A stretch of DNA of 64,000 bases from Podarcis liolepis (GCA_965112155.1 OZ218107.1), one strand, 5' to 3'. Shown: positions 27,191 to 39,745, counted from the first letter of the stretch. The notes: a model not told the origin generated them from the sequence alone. A program made the numbers and translations.

Positions 27191-27699
27191 CCGGCGCGCG
27201 CGACACGCTTAAGACCTCTTCTTCCCTCACACGCCCGCCCCGCCCGCCTCACGCGACCATCGATGGGATCGATCGATTCACTCGTACTACACCCAGCATG
27301 CTCCGCTTACAAGCCTTCCCACTCGCCCCCCCCCTCCGTCCCTCCGCCCGCCAACCACCACAAGCTCACCCGCTCACGACCCTCTTCTTGGCCCCTCCGC
27401 TCTCCGTAGCGCTTCGTGTCCCCGCCCACCTTCCCTGCCAGCCCTTCGGAAGCCAATCGCGTTAGTCGCGCGGCGGTCCCGCCTCCTGGCCAATAGGCGT
27501 TCGCCTGCCGAATATCGTTCCCGCCTCCCCTCGCCAATCCACGCCGCCTCTTCCCAGACACGTCCCAGATTCCTGGTCTGCCCCCCTGTCCCCCCGCCTC
27601 GCTGCCGCCACACACCACTGGCGGGGCCGCTCCAATTCTGACTCGCGCGGGCGCGCTACGTAGAGGCTCCTCCCACGGGCTTAGGGCGAGGTATTGCGC

Positions 27700-27823
27700 A
27701 AGCGCGCCCGCCGCGGGCGGGAATTTTGCCTTCGTTCGCTTGCCGTAGCGGCGCCCCTGACTGAAGATTTGGTCCTGGGAGGAGGTTCTGCGGTGGCTGC
27801 CGTTGCCCGCTGTTTACGTGCAG
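27700..27823 (+). other. RAD52: RAD52 non-coding exon 1 (TSS approximate)
   Basis: Strong donor GTGCAG|gtaact at 27823/27824 downstream of the CCAAT cluster; the next RAD52 exon has only 2 nt of UTR before the ATG, so an upstream exon is needed. Confidence 0.6.
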
Positions 27824-28683
27824 GTAACTGGAGCGCGGAAGTAACCAAGTTGACACAAAAGGGGGGGTTCGATCCCCCCGACTCCTTCAATGCGCGCCTT
27901 TGCCCTTCCCGGCCCCTTGTAAGAGGCTCTCTCTCGTGCCTTCTTTCTGTCTTAGACGCCCGAAATGGTAAAGCCGCGTTGATCAGGGCGAACCTTCGTT
28001 GGTGTTTCCGAGAGGAAAATCGTCTCACGGGGCCCCGGGAAATGTGGCCTCTTTGAGGGTGGGGTCGATTATATTCTGCTCCACCGCGAGTTTGTGGGGT
28101 AGGGGGCTTAAGAGGTAACCCTGCTCTGCAAGTCAGTGCAAATGCGTTTTTTTAAAAAATTATATATTTATTTACAACCCGCCTTTTCTCCCCTGACAAG
28201 GACTCAAAGCGGCTTGCAGATAAAATAGGAACAGTTAAAAGCATTGGGGGAGGGAAATCATTTAAAAAACAACTAAGCATAATTATAATTAAAGTTCCTC
28301 CCCTCTAGCGAAGTTTACAACAGTGATTAACAAATATATGCAACTCAACCAAATAAATCAATGTTAAAAACCCAGATCTATAAGGAATATAACTCTCTAA
28401 TTTAAAAGTAGGTTTGTGGTAGGGATAATGTCCAGAGTTATATATGGTTGCATCCATTATGAAATTATCTCAGCTATGTATTCATGCATAATGCAGTGGT
28501 TTGACTTCACCCCTGGAGACACACTCCATTGTCTCTCCAGACAGACAGATGCCAACAACTATGCATTTAGCTGAAGCCTCCCAAGAGGGAATTATGTAAT
28601 CTTAATTATTCTCATAGCTAGTCTGTAGTATTCCTACTACTTAAGTTTATGGTAGTATATTATTACTTGGTTTGTTTAACTCC

Positions 28684-28848
28684 GGCGTTTCCGTGCGCTG
28701 CTCTGGTTCACCAGAAGTGGCTTAGTCATGCTGGCCACGAGCCGGAAGCTGTACGCCGGCTTCCTCGGCCAATAAAGCGAGATGAGCACTGCAACCCCAG
28801 AGTCGGCCACTACTGGACCTAATGGTCAGGGGTCCCTTTACCTTTACC
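28684..28848 (+). mobile_element. Sauria SINE (Squam1), 5'-truncated
   Basis: Same body as 13929-14094, (TTTACC)n tail, 10-bp TSD TTGTTTAACT at 28672-28681 and 28849-28858. Confidence 0.85.
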
Positions 28849-29048
28849 TTGTTTAACTTCATTTAGCAGTGGTTAGACAGAATACCGAATATGTTATCTG
28901 AGCATGCTTGGCAATGAGTCTGAGATGAGTTGATGTATGAGTGGTTTTTGTCACTCCCAGACTGATGCAGCGAAGAGGTCTGCATCTGGCCCATTGCCCT
29001 CACATTTCATGGTTTTCTGCTGGCTACCTCTGCTGGAGATGTCGTGGG

Positions 29049-29234
29049 CATAGGAGCCAACTCCTAGGGGCTGAGGTCCCTTTGACACTTCCCCCAACAA
29101 AATATTTGAGGGGGCTAGCCCCCCAAGTTGATAGCCATTGCCATTCAAATGCTGTGTGTTCGCAATGTCTTGTGATCAGTTATGTGGGGTGAGGCTTATC
29201 TGCCCCCCCCATATTTTATTCAAGTTGGCACCCT
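29049..29234. mobile_element. hAT-like MITE
   Basis: Imperfect inverted ends CATAGGAGCCAACT ... AAGTTGGCACCCTT with internal palindromic G/C runs. Confidence 0.45.
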
Positions 29235-30999
29235 TGGTTGTGGGTGATAGCTTATGCATATTGTTTTTGGGGGGGCAGGGACATTGGAACACTTCTCAAC
29301 AGGGGGACTTCTCTGCCAGCAGTGGGGTGGAGGTGGAAGATGGTGAACCACAGTGGACTGAGAGTTTCAATTGTTCTGTTAGTCTCATACCTTATCATGC
29401 AAAAGATTCACCTGCATTAGCCAAACCTACAGCCAAAGATTAGAAAAGCACTGCAAGTGGCAGAAGTGAACCAAGTCATGAGCTATGGGGAAAAGAGAAG
29501 ACAGCTTTTCAGTTAATGGCTTCAACACTGCCTTTGTTTAAAATAATGCTATGGTTATCCCATAAGTAATATAACTGATGGCTTCTGCCTTAAAGAGTAC
29601 CATGTTTCCCGTTAGACTGGTGACTTCTGAAATAATGACTACAGGAAATGCGAGTGTAAAGATACTGCGCTCCATCATAAATTTTCAGCCAACAGCTTTT
29701 ATTAGTCAGTTCTGGGAAATGACCCAAGTGATTATTCAAGGAGCTTTTAAATTCCCATCAATAGGAAATCCTCAGCTAAAATTTTCTTATTGCAGAATAT
29801 ATTTATTTAACACAATTGTATACCTATTTTTCTTATATGAAAGCATTTTGCATAAGAATAAAAACATCTAAAGCAACATAATATAGAAGTATAACAACAA
29901 TTCAGATTTGGTAGGCTTCATGGAAAATTTCCACAGCCTACCAATAAAATCTTAAACCCCCAGGTCATCATATTAATCTTAGCTGCCAACCCATAGATAA
30001 GCATTGTGTTTGACTTTACTTTGATTGCAAGGCACCTTGGGAAAAGGTGCACTACATATTTTAAATAAAATAATAAAACATGTTCAGTATGCCAGAACAT
30101 AGTTTTGATCTATCTTTGGGATTTCTTCCAATCTTGTGGGTGGTTGCAGAGAAACTCTTCCTTGTTGCCGATTGTTTCACTTGCTGTAGTGGGAATATGA
30201 GTAAGGCTTGATCTAATGATTACAGCCAACATAGGGATTCATGGGGATAGTTACTCCACAAAGCAAGCTGTGATTGTGCCAGCATATTGAATTGAAGCTG
30301 GAAGCTCACTGGTTACCTCTGCAGTTTGTTTAATATTTTGTAACCCATAGGTCCTCATCAGCAGTTTTCCCATAGGGCTGCTTTGAGATGGAAGTGAAGC
30401 ATGACAGGCCAGGATCTCAGCCATTTACAATTTAAAGTGGTGTGTCATCAACCTCTTTTGCCACTAATTGAATGAATGGGCCAAATTACAGGTGACTGTT
30501 GATTTACACGGGGGTTACATTCCAAGCCAAATTGCATATACTCAAAACATTTTGGGTTCAGTTGTGGATGGCATTGCCAAAGCTTTTTTTCCCTGAATGG
30601 CTGCCCCCTTTTTAATTAAAAAAAAATCTTTTTACCAAGCATGGAAAGCTGAATGCACACAAGCTAAATGCTTACAAGTTACTTATAATGATAATTCTGA
30701 ATGGGAAAATTTTGTAGTAAAATTAACATCTTACCTGTATTTCTGTCATTTAATATGGTAAAAAGTTTTGACAAAAAGCATAGGTGGTCTGTGAAAAGTT
30801 GTTGCATTTGGAATAATAAAGCTTGCAGAATGCTAAAAAAGCACATTTCGTAGTAAAAACAAAAAACTAAGGAAGCGGGGTTGACATTTCCAAAATTAAA
30901 AATGCTAGCACATTCTAATGATAGCTGTGATGTGTCACTGATGAGAGGAAAATGCTGATGTTTAAGAGAATAGCAGTTGGCAGAAAAAGGAGAACACAA

Positions 31000-31300
31000 G
31001 AAGAGCATGCTGGACCAAGCCTGTCACCCATATGGTCCAAGCATTCTGTACTCAAAGTGGCCAACCAGATGTCTATGGGAAGCCCACAAGCACAGCAGCA
31101 GTCCCGTCCTGCATTTTCCAGCATTACTGCCTCCAACTGCAGGTAGCATACATACATTAATTAGGGTTAGTGATCACAGATAGCCTTATCCATTAACATT
31201 TTTTATCCGCTTTTAAAACCACCCAGGTTGGTGGCCATCAGTGGCTTTTGTGCGCTGTGAAGTACTTCCTTTTGTCTGTTCTGAATCTTCCAACTCAGTT
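31000..31300 (-). mobile_element. CR1 LINE 3' fragment
   Basis: Homologous to 10380-10700. Confidence 0.55.
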
Positions 31301-31693
31301 TCATTGATGAGCTACAAGAAAATCACTAGGTTTTGTGTGATAATGTTCTAAAAATACGTTAATTACTTCAATATATGGGCTTTTCTTTACATTCTCACTT
31401 CCACGAATGGTATCAGTCTTAATACCTGTACAATTGGGTTACTTCAGGCAATTTTAAAAACTAGTAGTTAGGCATTACTAAATGGCACAGAAAGTGCATT
31501 TTCTAAGTGGCGCAAAAATGGTGTTTCCCCATTTCTTCAGTATCAATAACTAAACCAATTCCTTTATCTATACAAAGCAGACAGTCTTCTTACTTATAGT
31601 CTTGTACCTTGAGTCTTTTCATGTTTAAAGCAGGTAACCTTTGCTGATTCTTGGAAACTTGAGCATATATGCCTGTTACAGACACACGCGTGT

Positions 31694-31694
<1 letters not shown>

Positions 31695-31722
<28 letters not shown>
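31695..31722. repeat. (CA)n microsatellite
   Basis: About 14 CA units seen directly. Confidence 0.95.
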
Positions 31723-31725
<3 letters not shown>

Positions 31726-32365
31726 CCAGAGGTTTTGACTGTTTTCAATCAAAAGACTGCATTCCTTCATGGATAACCTTCCATTGGAGTGCAGAGCCAA
31801 AGCCACACAGATCCACACTCATACATCCACAGAAATCAACACATTTACACACTTTTTACCTCCAGTTCACACAAATTCAGGATAATTCTGCCTTGATAGC
31901 CACTGAAAGGGAGTTCTCTCTGTGCTCAGTGTGAAAACACAGCAAGCTGCTGATGGAGGAAGAGATGGAGGAACTGTCGTGAGCTGAACTCTAACCATGC
32001 CACTCTTCCCTCACTGCACAATTATTTCCTGCTGAGCAGTGCAGGCATATGAGGTTACAGACTTTCCAAGATCCCCCACAGCTAAACATCAGAAATTGCT
32101 GAGCAGCAGAGGATGCAGAGCTGCATAGGGGTTGGAGCTGAGAAGAGGGACAGGATCTAAGATGGGATGGCAACAAGACAGAAAGACAGGTTTCAAGGGT
32201 ATCCTGGAGTGTATTTATCCCTTTATATATGCTCTTATATATACATTCTTATATTCACATCTCATGTAGAAGTGAATAGCTGTCATTTACTCCTTACTCC
32301 TATTTAGACACATAAAGAACATTTGGGGGGTGTAAGAGCAAAACCTGTTTGATACTCCTGCTACT

Positions 32366-32618
32366 GAGAGCCAGTGTGGTGTAGTGATTAAGAGCGGTAG
32401 TCTCGTAATCTGGGGAACCGGGTTTGCGTCTCCGCTCCTCCACATGCAGCTGCTGGGTGACCTTGGGCCAGTCACACTTCTTTGAAGTCTCTCAGCCCCA
32501 CTCACCTCACAGAGTGTTTGTTGTGGGGGAGGAAGGGAAAGGAGAATGTTAGCCGCTTTGAGACTCCTGAAGGGGAGTGAAAGGCGGGATATCAAATCCA
32601 AACTCTTGTTCTTCTTCT
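32366..32618 (+). mobile_element. Squam3-type SINE, full length
   Basis: Near-identical to 8645-8894; TSD CTACTGAG on both sides. Confidence 0.85.
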
Positions 32619-32651
32619 ACTGAGTATCCTGTCCTGCCTACTCACAATGGG

Positions 32652-33102
32652 GTTGTTGTTGTTTAGTTGTTTAGTCGTGTCCGACTCTTCGTGACCCCAT
32701 GGACCAGAGCATGCCAGGCACTACTGTTTTCCATTGCCTCCTGCAGTTTGGTCAAACTCAGGCTGGTAGCTTCGAGAACACTGTCCAACCATCTCGTCCT
32801 CTGTCGTCCCCTTCTCCTTGTGCCCTCCATCTTTCCCAACATCAGGGTCTCTTCCAGGGAGTCTTCTCTTCTCATGAGGTGGCCAAAGTATTGAAGCCTC
32901 ACCTTCAGGATCTGTCCTTCCAGTGAGCACTCAGGGCTGATTTCCCTAAGAATGGATAGGTTTGATCTTCTTGCAGTCCATGGGACTCTCAAGAGTCTCC
33001 TCCAGCACCATAATTCAAAAGCATCAATTCTTCGGCGATCAGCCTTCTTTATGGTCCAGCTCTCACTTCCGTACATCACTACTGGGAAAACCATAGCTTT
33101 AA
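32652..33102 (-). mobile_element. BovB (RTE-clade) LINE 3' fragment
   Basis: Open frame MVFPVVMYGSESWTIKKADRRRIDAFELWCWRRLLRVPWTARRSN...LMLGKMEGTRRRGRQRTRWLD is the typical BovB ORF C-terminus; (CAA)n tail. Confidence 0.93.
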
Positions 33103-33210
33103 CGTAATATGATTATTTCGAACTATATGGTCTTGATTATTAAAAAATTGGTAAATAACTGTTTCTATTTTGATCATATATATTGACGTTCGTATTACTT
33201 TCTTTTAGGA

Positions 33211-33282
33211 ATGTCTGGAACAGAACTGACAAGAAATGGAATCAGCAGCAGCAATGCTAACTCCAGTATGTGGTTTGGACAG
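33211..33282 (+). CDS. RAD52: RAD52 coding exon 1 (MSGTELTRNGISSSNANSSMWFGQ)
   Basis: Acceptor ttcttttag|GA-ATG, donor CAG|gtcagt; MSGTE...FGQ matches the vertebrate RAD52 N-terminus. Confidence 0.9.
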
Positions 33283-34122
33283 GTCAGTTTACCATCACCT
33301 TCAGATTTGTGTGAGATTTTCTGGTGGGGCTTCAATGCAAAATCTACTATGGATAACGGCCCAGTTGAGACATAATGGGAAACCATGGCTTCAAAGTATG
33401 TGAGTGAATCTGCACAAACCTTGGTTTATTATGCTTCCTACCCTGGGCATGGAGAAGGGGTTAGATGCTTCTTTTAAATAAACCACAGTTCCCTGTTACG
33501 TCCAAACCTGGGGAACTGTAGTTGGTTTAAGCTCTACATAGGCAGAAGAAACATGGATCAAATTCAAAATATGGTACAAAGCCATCTTTATGAAAAGATC
33601 CCAATGTGTTTTGAATGTAAAAAGTACTCCTTTTTAGAGCAGAAAGCAGATTTGTTTTTGTATAAAAACCATTTCCCTAGAGAGTAGCTGAAAATCTGTT
33701 GCGATACTCTTAATATTTCTTTGCACTCTTTTTGCTGTTGTTTAGCTCACACTACAACGCAAGAGTTATTATTTACTATTTAATTCAGTTGGTGTTTGGT
33801 GACACGTGTTGGGAAAATATATACCAACTGAGATTTCTTTCTGATTTGGCTGAATTATACTTAAGAGCGCTCAGAGGAGAACTGGGGGGAACTCATGCAA
33901 CAGAGTAGTTACCATTTTAAACAATTCATGGTATTATCATAACGAAGGAGCTACCCTGTGAGGTACAATATTTCCTTTTGGATATAGCTTTCAGAGTATA
34001 ACTAGATTAAGAGTTCTTATGGGGGATGGGACTGATTGAACTAAATCAGTTGCAAGAAAGGGGGAGAAATTAGTTAGGAATATGCTAGATCTTTTCATGA
34101 TTGTGTGTGTGGTTTGCTTAAG

Positions 34123-34224
34123 TGTCAGTATACAGCAGATGAGTACCAGGCCGTCCAGGCTGCCCTGCGACAGAGATTGGGCCCAGAATACATCAGTAGC
34201 CGGCAAGCTGGAGGAGGACAGAAG
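34123..34224 (+). CDS. RAD52: RAD52 coding exon 2 ([34 protein letters not shown])
   Basis: Conserved Rad52/22 domain; aag|TGT ... AAG|gtacaa. Confidence 0.96.
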
Positions 34225-34366
34225 GTACAAAAGTGTGTACACAGTTTTTATTTACTTGATATTGAAAATTACCCATTGCCTGTTGGTAGTGCATATTTCC
34301 CTGAATCCTTTTGGGCAGCAGTTTCCTATGCCCTTGCTTTCTCAGGAGGAGCGTCCTAGTGTAGGG

Positions 34367-34639
34367 CAGGGGTGGCCAACTCCCAAGAGACTGCGATCTA
34401 CTCACAGAATTAAAAACTGGCAATGATCTACCCCCATTCAGGTCAAAGTTGTTGAGCTTTTTAGGGAGGAGGAAAGCCACGGTTTTTGAGAATTCAAGCC
34501 TAAGCTCAAAGGGAGGGGGTGGTGCCGGATTCTGTTTTACCAACACTAAGGAAAGGGACCCAGCAGTGTTCAACCACAATCTACCAGAACCTCTCGGGGA
34601 TCTACCAGTGAATCGCGATCAACCTGTTGGACATACCTG
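34367..34639. mobile_element. hAT MITE
   Basis: TIRs CAGGGGTGGCCAAC...GTTGGACATACCTG and perfect 8-bp TSD GTGTAGGG (34359-34366 and 34640-34647). Confidence 0.85.
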
Positions 34640-35044
34640 GTGTAGGGTTATCTGCAACTGGTGCTTGCTGAATGCTGCAATCTTCCAAGTCAGAGGCCAC
34701 AGAGGTGTCAGCATTTGTTAATGATAGTACTTTCTGGCTCTCCAGTTTGGGAAGGTGGACAGCGCTGGCCCAAAGCGGCTCTCCCATTGCTGGCTAGGGA
34801 TTTAAAGAAATAAGTGCAGTACAGGACAGACCTGGGGTATAGAATTCTTTTCACATGTGATTTAATAAATTCTTATCAATTTAATATCTCAAACTCAGAA
34901 CAATTATTTTTAATTTTGGTTAGCTGTTTGGTACTGTAATGTGGAACACTCTTGCAAGTAGATGTAGCTTCTGCAATAATTTAATGAGATTAAGACTGAC
35001 CAAGAAGGATTTTTGACACTTTTGTCCTTTCTTTCTACTTTCAG

Positions 35045-35138
35045 GTTTGCTACATTGAAGGGCACAGAGTCATCAGTCTGGCCAATGAGATGTTTGGCTA
35101 CAATGGCTGGGCTCATTCTGTCACTCAGCAGAATGTCG
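35045..35138 (+). CDS. RAD52: RAD52 coding exon 3 ([31 protein letters not shown])
   Basis: Conserved motif; tttcag|GTT ... G|gtgaga. Confidence 0.97.
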
Positions 35139-36322
35139 GTGAGAACCAATTTTAAGCTTATTCCAGCTGCTTCATGCTGCAGATTCTATAAGTTATCAAA
35201 ATGTTCTTGTGCAAAAAACTATCCTAGCAGAGTGAAACAATAAGCAGTCGGGCGCAAATAATGGCATTGTTCCACTTAAGGAAGTTTTTGATCCAGCAGC
35301 AGCTTTCATGAATAGAAAGTGAAGAAAGCATCCCCCCCCCCCCGATTCCTCCTTCGGCTCCTGCTTTCCTCAAAAACTTGCTCTAGAGGAGTGGGGTCCC
35401 CCCCCCAAGAGTTATGTGGGAAGTGGCATGGAAAGCATAAATGAGAACCTTGTGTCCTGCCCCATTCATTCATGGAATCTTCTGCTAGTATTCAGAGTTT
35501 TCCATGAACAGAGCACCTCTGCTAGACGCAACACAATATGATTATGAGTTTCCAGATCTTGAGAAAAGGAGCTTCTCACATGCCACCTGGAAGCAGAATT
35601 TTCCATGGCAGTTGGGGGGGGCACAGCATGAGTTGGCATAGGGTAACCTTGACAACATATTAAAGTGGTTTCCCCCTAAATTTCAGAATTCAGTGTGTTG
35701 TCAGTTACACAGTGAATACATATAGAAAAAAGAATCCTTGCCCTAGCAGTTGACAGTTTTCATTAAATAAATAAATAAAATTAGCTGAAAACTGCAATCC
35801 TGTACAGAAACGTCTCCCAAAATTATGGCTGCAGCTGTCTCATCCTCAAAAGATCTGTTGTGTTTGTGGCCTAGCAACAGGAGGTTGAACGGAAAAGACA
35901 GAGGGGAGACACTTAAGTCTTTCAGCTCAGTAACAACAACTGGAAGAATAGAACCCCCATCTCAAAAACCTCACCTAGATCACCTTAAGGACCTGAAATG
36001 ATACTAGGTAACAAAAAATACAGAGCTATCCAAAAGGCAAAAGGGAGCGAAAGCACAATACTATAAGCTATAAGTTATACTTCATTATATCCTTGCTTTC
36101 TGTATGGATAGATTTTCCTTTAAAAAGTATTTCGGAAAAAGATCCAGTCTGCACATTCATATTTTGATACCTATTGTGATCCCTGACATTACTCTTACCT
36201 ACTTTGCTAATGAATATCTCACTTTTTCATTCCATCACATACAAAACCTTAATCCCCTCCTAAAAATTGGTAGCATTCTGTGCATTAAAAAAATAAAATA
36301 TCGTGGAGAATACTCTGAACCT

Positions 36323-36408
36323 TTGTTGTTGTTTAGTCGTTTAGTCGTGTCCTACTCTTCGTGACCCCATGGACCAGAACATGCCAGGCACTTCTGTCTT
36401 CCACTGTC
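36323..36408 (-). mobile_element. Short BovB 3'-end insertion
   Basis: Matches the 3' end of the 32652 copy; TSD CTGAACCT on both sides. Confidence 0.8.
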
Positions 36409-36639
36409 CACACTGAACCTACAAATGTTTAATTATCGATTCTCAGCACATATTCAGTTCGTCAAGAGGATAGAGTCATAGAGATTTACAAAATAAAGAC
36501 CAGTTCCTAGGGAAGCTGATTCTGTCATCTTGAATGTGATTCAGATTATCAGAAGCTGAAATTCCTCATAGAACATTACTACTAATGAAATTGTTTGATT
36601 TAAAAATATTTTTAAAAGCTGATGGGAAACGTTGTGACT

Positions 36640-37160
36640 TGATTAAGGCAGCCTAAAACTGCATTACTATTTTCTGCAGCTGCATCACACTGCTGACTCA
36701 ATGTGACTCTCTGTCCATTTGGGGTTTTTTGTTTCCCCCACCTCCCCCAAATGCAGGATTTAGCATTTGCCTCTGTTGAATTTCATATTGTAAGAATGGG
36801 GAGCTGGGCCAAAGCTACTAAGTTCATTCTGAATTTTACTCCTGTTTGCTAAGGCATTAGTGATCTATCTCAGCTTTGTGTCTTCTGCAAATAGGTTAGC
36901 ATTCCCTCCACACCTTCATTTAAATCACTGATCAAATGTTGAAGAGTCCCAGAGCCTTACATCACCTCACTAAATTCATTCATCCAGTTTAATGAGAACC
37001 CATTAATGAACACCCTTCTGAGTATGGCTTCCAACCAGCTCTGAATCCAGCATTATTTATCAGTACACATTCAACAAGTCTGCTAATAAAACATCATGAT
37101 CTTTGTCAAATGCTTTGCTGAAATAAAAATAAATGGGGTCCACAGCATTCCCACCGTTCA
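36640..37160 (-). mobile_element. Degraded CR1 reverse-transcriptase fragment
   Basis: Minus strand encodes FSKAFD (about 37105-37123) and FAEDTKL (about 36870-36892), the CR1 RT motifs DFSKAFD and FADDTKL. Confidence 0.75.
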
Positions 37161-37483
37161 CTAAGGTCAATAATGCAGTAATGTCTTAAGGGTAATTTTC
37201 AGGTCTATATACTCTTTTATCTGAACATTATCCTCAGAAGCCTCTAGTTCAGAAACCAACATTCTGCTTGGGAAATATCTCTGTATTCTTTCTAGTTAAT
37301 TTCTTTGACAAACATTTGCATCCATGCCAATAGTGTTGTGACCATATTCTAAATTCCCTATATTTTCTCCTACATCTTTTTACGACTGCCTAGCTACCAG
37401 TGCACAGGAATGATAGGCAGACCAATCATCTGGCTCCCTATGTTAGAGTAAATGTTTTTGTTTTTTGTTTCTGCACTTCACAG

Positions 37484-37551
37484 ATTTTGTGGATCTCAAT
37501 AATGGCAAATTCTATGTGGGGGTCTGTGCCTTTGTGAAAGTCCAACTTAAG
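37484..37551 (+). CDS. RAD52: RAD52 coding exon 4 ([23 protein letters not shown])
   Basis: cacag|AT ... AAG|gtaaat; phase consistent. Confidence 0.97.
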
Positions 37552-38044
37552 GTAAATGGGGTCGGGAGATATGTTGGTGGTGCTGGTTCTTCAGAGCCAT
37601 GAAAGTAAAGTGAACAGTATGCAAAAGGTACATAACAATATGGCTGTTGGTGTTACTTCCTGTCGATCAAAAATGCTTATTTATTAGACCCGTTACTGGT
37701 CAAAACACACACCTGTTTTTTTAAGATGAAATAAAATACTGTAGGAAAAAATCCTGACTTACACGTTTGCTTTTAAACAGTGGCAAGTCTTAAACTGCAA
37801 TGCATGTATCCAAATGCTGTTGGTTTCCATTTTTTAGGATGTATTTGGCAGAAGATTGGAATACTTTGAACTAGCATAATATTTCAGGCTTGATTGACAC
37901 TTGAGTCCCCTGTAGACTCCAGAAAAACTGAATGTACTGCAGTGCCTGCTTAAGCTGCTTTTGCCACAAAGCAAAGTTCATTAGGATGATTATAGTCAAA
38001 CCCAAATGGCCATTTTGTTTTTCTTGCGTATTCTTAAATTGCAG

Positions 38045-38163
38045 GACGGCTCATACCATGAAGATGTTGGCTATGGAGTAAGTGAAGGCTTGAAGTCCAA
38101 GGCCTTGTCCCTAGAAAAAGCAAGGAAGGAAGCTGTTACAGATGGACTGAAGAGGGCACTGAA
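38045..38163 (+). CDS. RAD52: RAD52 coding exon 5 ([39 protein letters not shown])
   Basis: Signature Rad52 motif; gcag|GAC ... AA|gtaagt. Confidence 0.98.
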
Positions 38164-38259
38164 GTAAGTGGCAATCAACAGAAGACATTTTGCTAGCTCG
38201 AAAGCAATGAAAAAGGGGAACTGTGTTCTAAAAGACGACTAACTCTCGTCCTTTCTCAG

Positions 38260-38335
38260 GTGCTTTGGTAATGCTCTTGGGAACTGCATCCTGGACAAAG
38301 ACTACTTGCGATCAGTGAATAAGCTTCCTCGCCAG
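38260..38335 (+). CDS. RAD52: RAD52 coding exon 6 ([25 protein letters not shown])
   Basis: 96-nt intron with GACTAAC branch site; ctcag|G ... CAG|gtgtgt. Confidence 0.97.
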
Positions 38336-39745
38336 GTGTGTTACTTGGGACTTCCAAAAACTAGAATTCTGCAGTAAAAATGCCAAATTCTGCTTTGAGT
38401 ATAGATAATACAGACAAGAAAGGCTCCATTCTTTATTCTGCCATGCAACAGTACATTCTTCTTGAATAGGTAATTTCATTGCCTGGATATTCCAGTTGAA
38501 AATTCTTATGGTTATTTTCTGATGCACCATATCTCTACAGTGTGTTGCTTTGCTTACACTTTTTCTGCTTCAAAACACTCAATAATTTTGTGTGTGTGTT
38601 TTCACTTTCCAGTCAGAGCTGTTCAGGAGCAAGCAGAAAATTATAGTACCTTCCAATGAACACTGAAAATCAGAGCTTACTATGTTGTTCTTTTTTATAT
38701 GGGACAGTCCAGCTCCCATCTTCTTGTAATTCTTATTGCACCATTTCTCCCCTCACAGTGATCTCTTTCTAAAGTAACTAGCTTGTCTTGCAGCATTGTT
38801 ACATTATTTTCTGAGCAGATTCCCAGGGATTCGTTATTTTTAATAGCGAAATGCCAAAATGCATTTTTCTTAGGATAGTTGCCCTTAAGCCTGTTTTCAC
38901 AAGGACGAATGGCCAACGAATGAATCCGAGCCCCATTTGGGCTGGGCATAGAGGGGGCTTGGATCAGTTGCATGTGCCCAAGATGTTTGCTGATGCAGTA
39001 GTAGCCCTACCAGTCTATAAAGCCTTACTGGTTTGGATTGCTCTCTAAACCATTCAATTAAGTATATCTTAGATGTTATATCCTTTTTTCAGAAAAGGGT
39101 CCTTCTCTTGCCTCAAAACAGCTTCATCTCCAGTCATCATTACTAACTGGGCTCTTCTACAACCACCCCACCCCAGTGAATCATCATTTAAGCTGCTGCA
39201 TTCTGGTCGACCCATCCTTCACACATCTACAGTATTCCTTGCTGACTGCAGCCCATAGTGTGTGTCACCTAAATTGGCATTCCATCAAAGAAGGCAGAGT
39301 ATGCCCTTGGCTGTCATGGATTGAAAGCTGCAGATATGCTGAAATTGTCGTGTTGACTGATTTCTACAGCATTCCCAGGCTGTTAATCTGCAGTTTTCTT
39401 CATTTGTTCTTTCTACATCTGTTTTAAAATAACTCCTAGGTTGCTTTAAGAGGGGGGGAAATCAACATCACAGAGAATTGCAAGGAAACAAAGCTGATCC
39501 ACAAAGTACATGTTGACAGAGTTGGTGTTGATTACTAAACATGACAAATCTTCACTAAGTTAGAGAAATAACCACATTGGTTGAGTTCATAGCACCAGGC
39601 CGAAACTTGGTTTTGAACAGGCAAAGCATTCCAGGAAAGCAATTTGTCTCCTGGGCAACATGACAGATGAGTCTGTGAAATGTTTCCATTACATTCTGAA
39701 GTTTTGTAGCTACTGAAAGGCTGTTTGTTTTATTCCTGTTCCTAG

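Larger units (their letters stand above)
26440..28090. promoter_or_regulatory. CpG island / bidirectional promoter of ERC1 (-) and RAD52 (+)
   Basis: The only long GC- and CpG-rich stretch in the window; CCAAT boxes at 27453, 27490, 27534, 27632; E2F-like TTCCCGCC at ~27518 (+) and ~27717 (-); NRF1-like TGCGCAAGCGCG at 27695; GC boxes; ETS CGGAAGT at ~27836. Confidence 0.9.

Noticed and set aside
26395-28056. Many 80-150 aa ORFs on both strands
   Set aside because: Expected from stop-codon scarcity in a CpG island; Pro/Arg/Gly-rich with no recognisable homology
32663-33094. 143-aa ORF as a host gene
   Set aside because: It is the C-terminal fragment of a BovB LINE ORF
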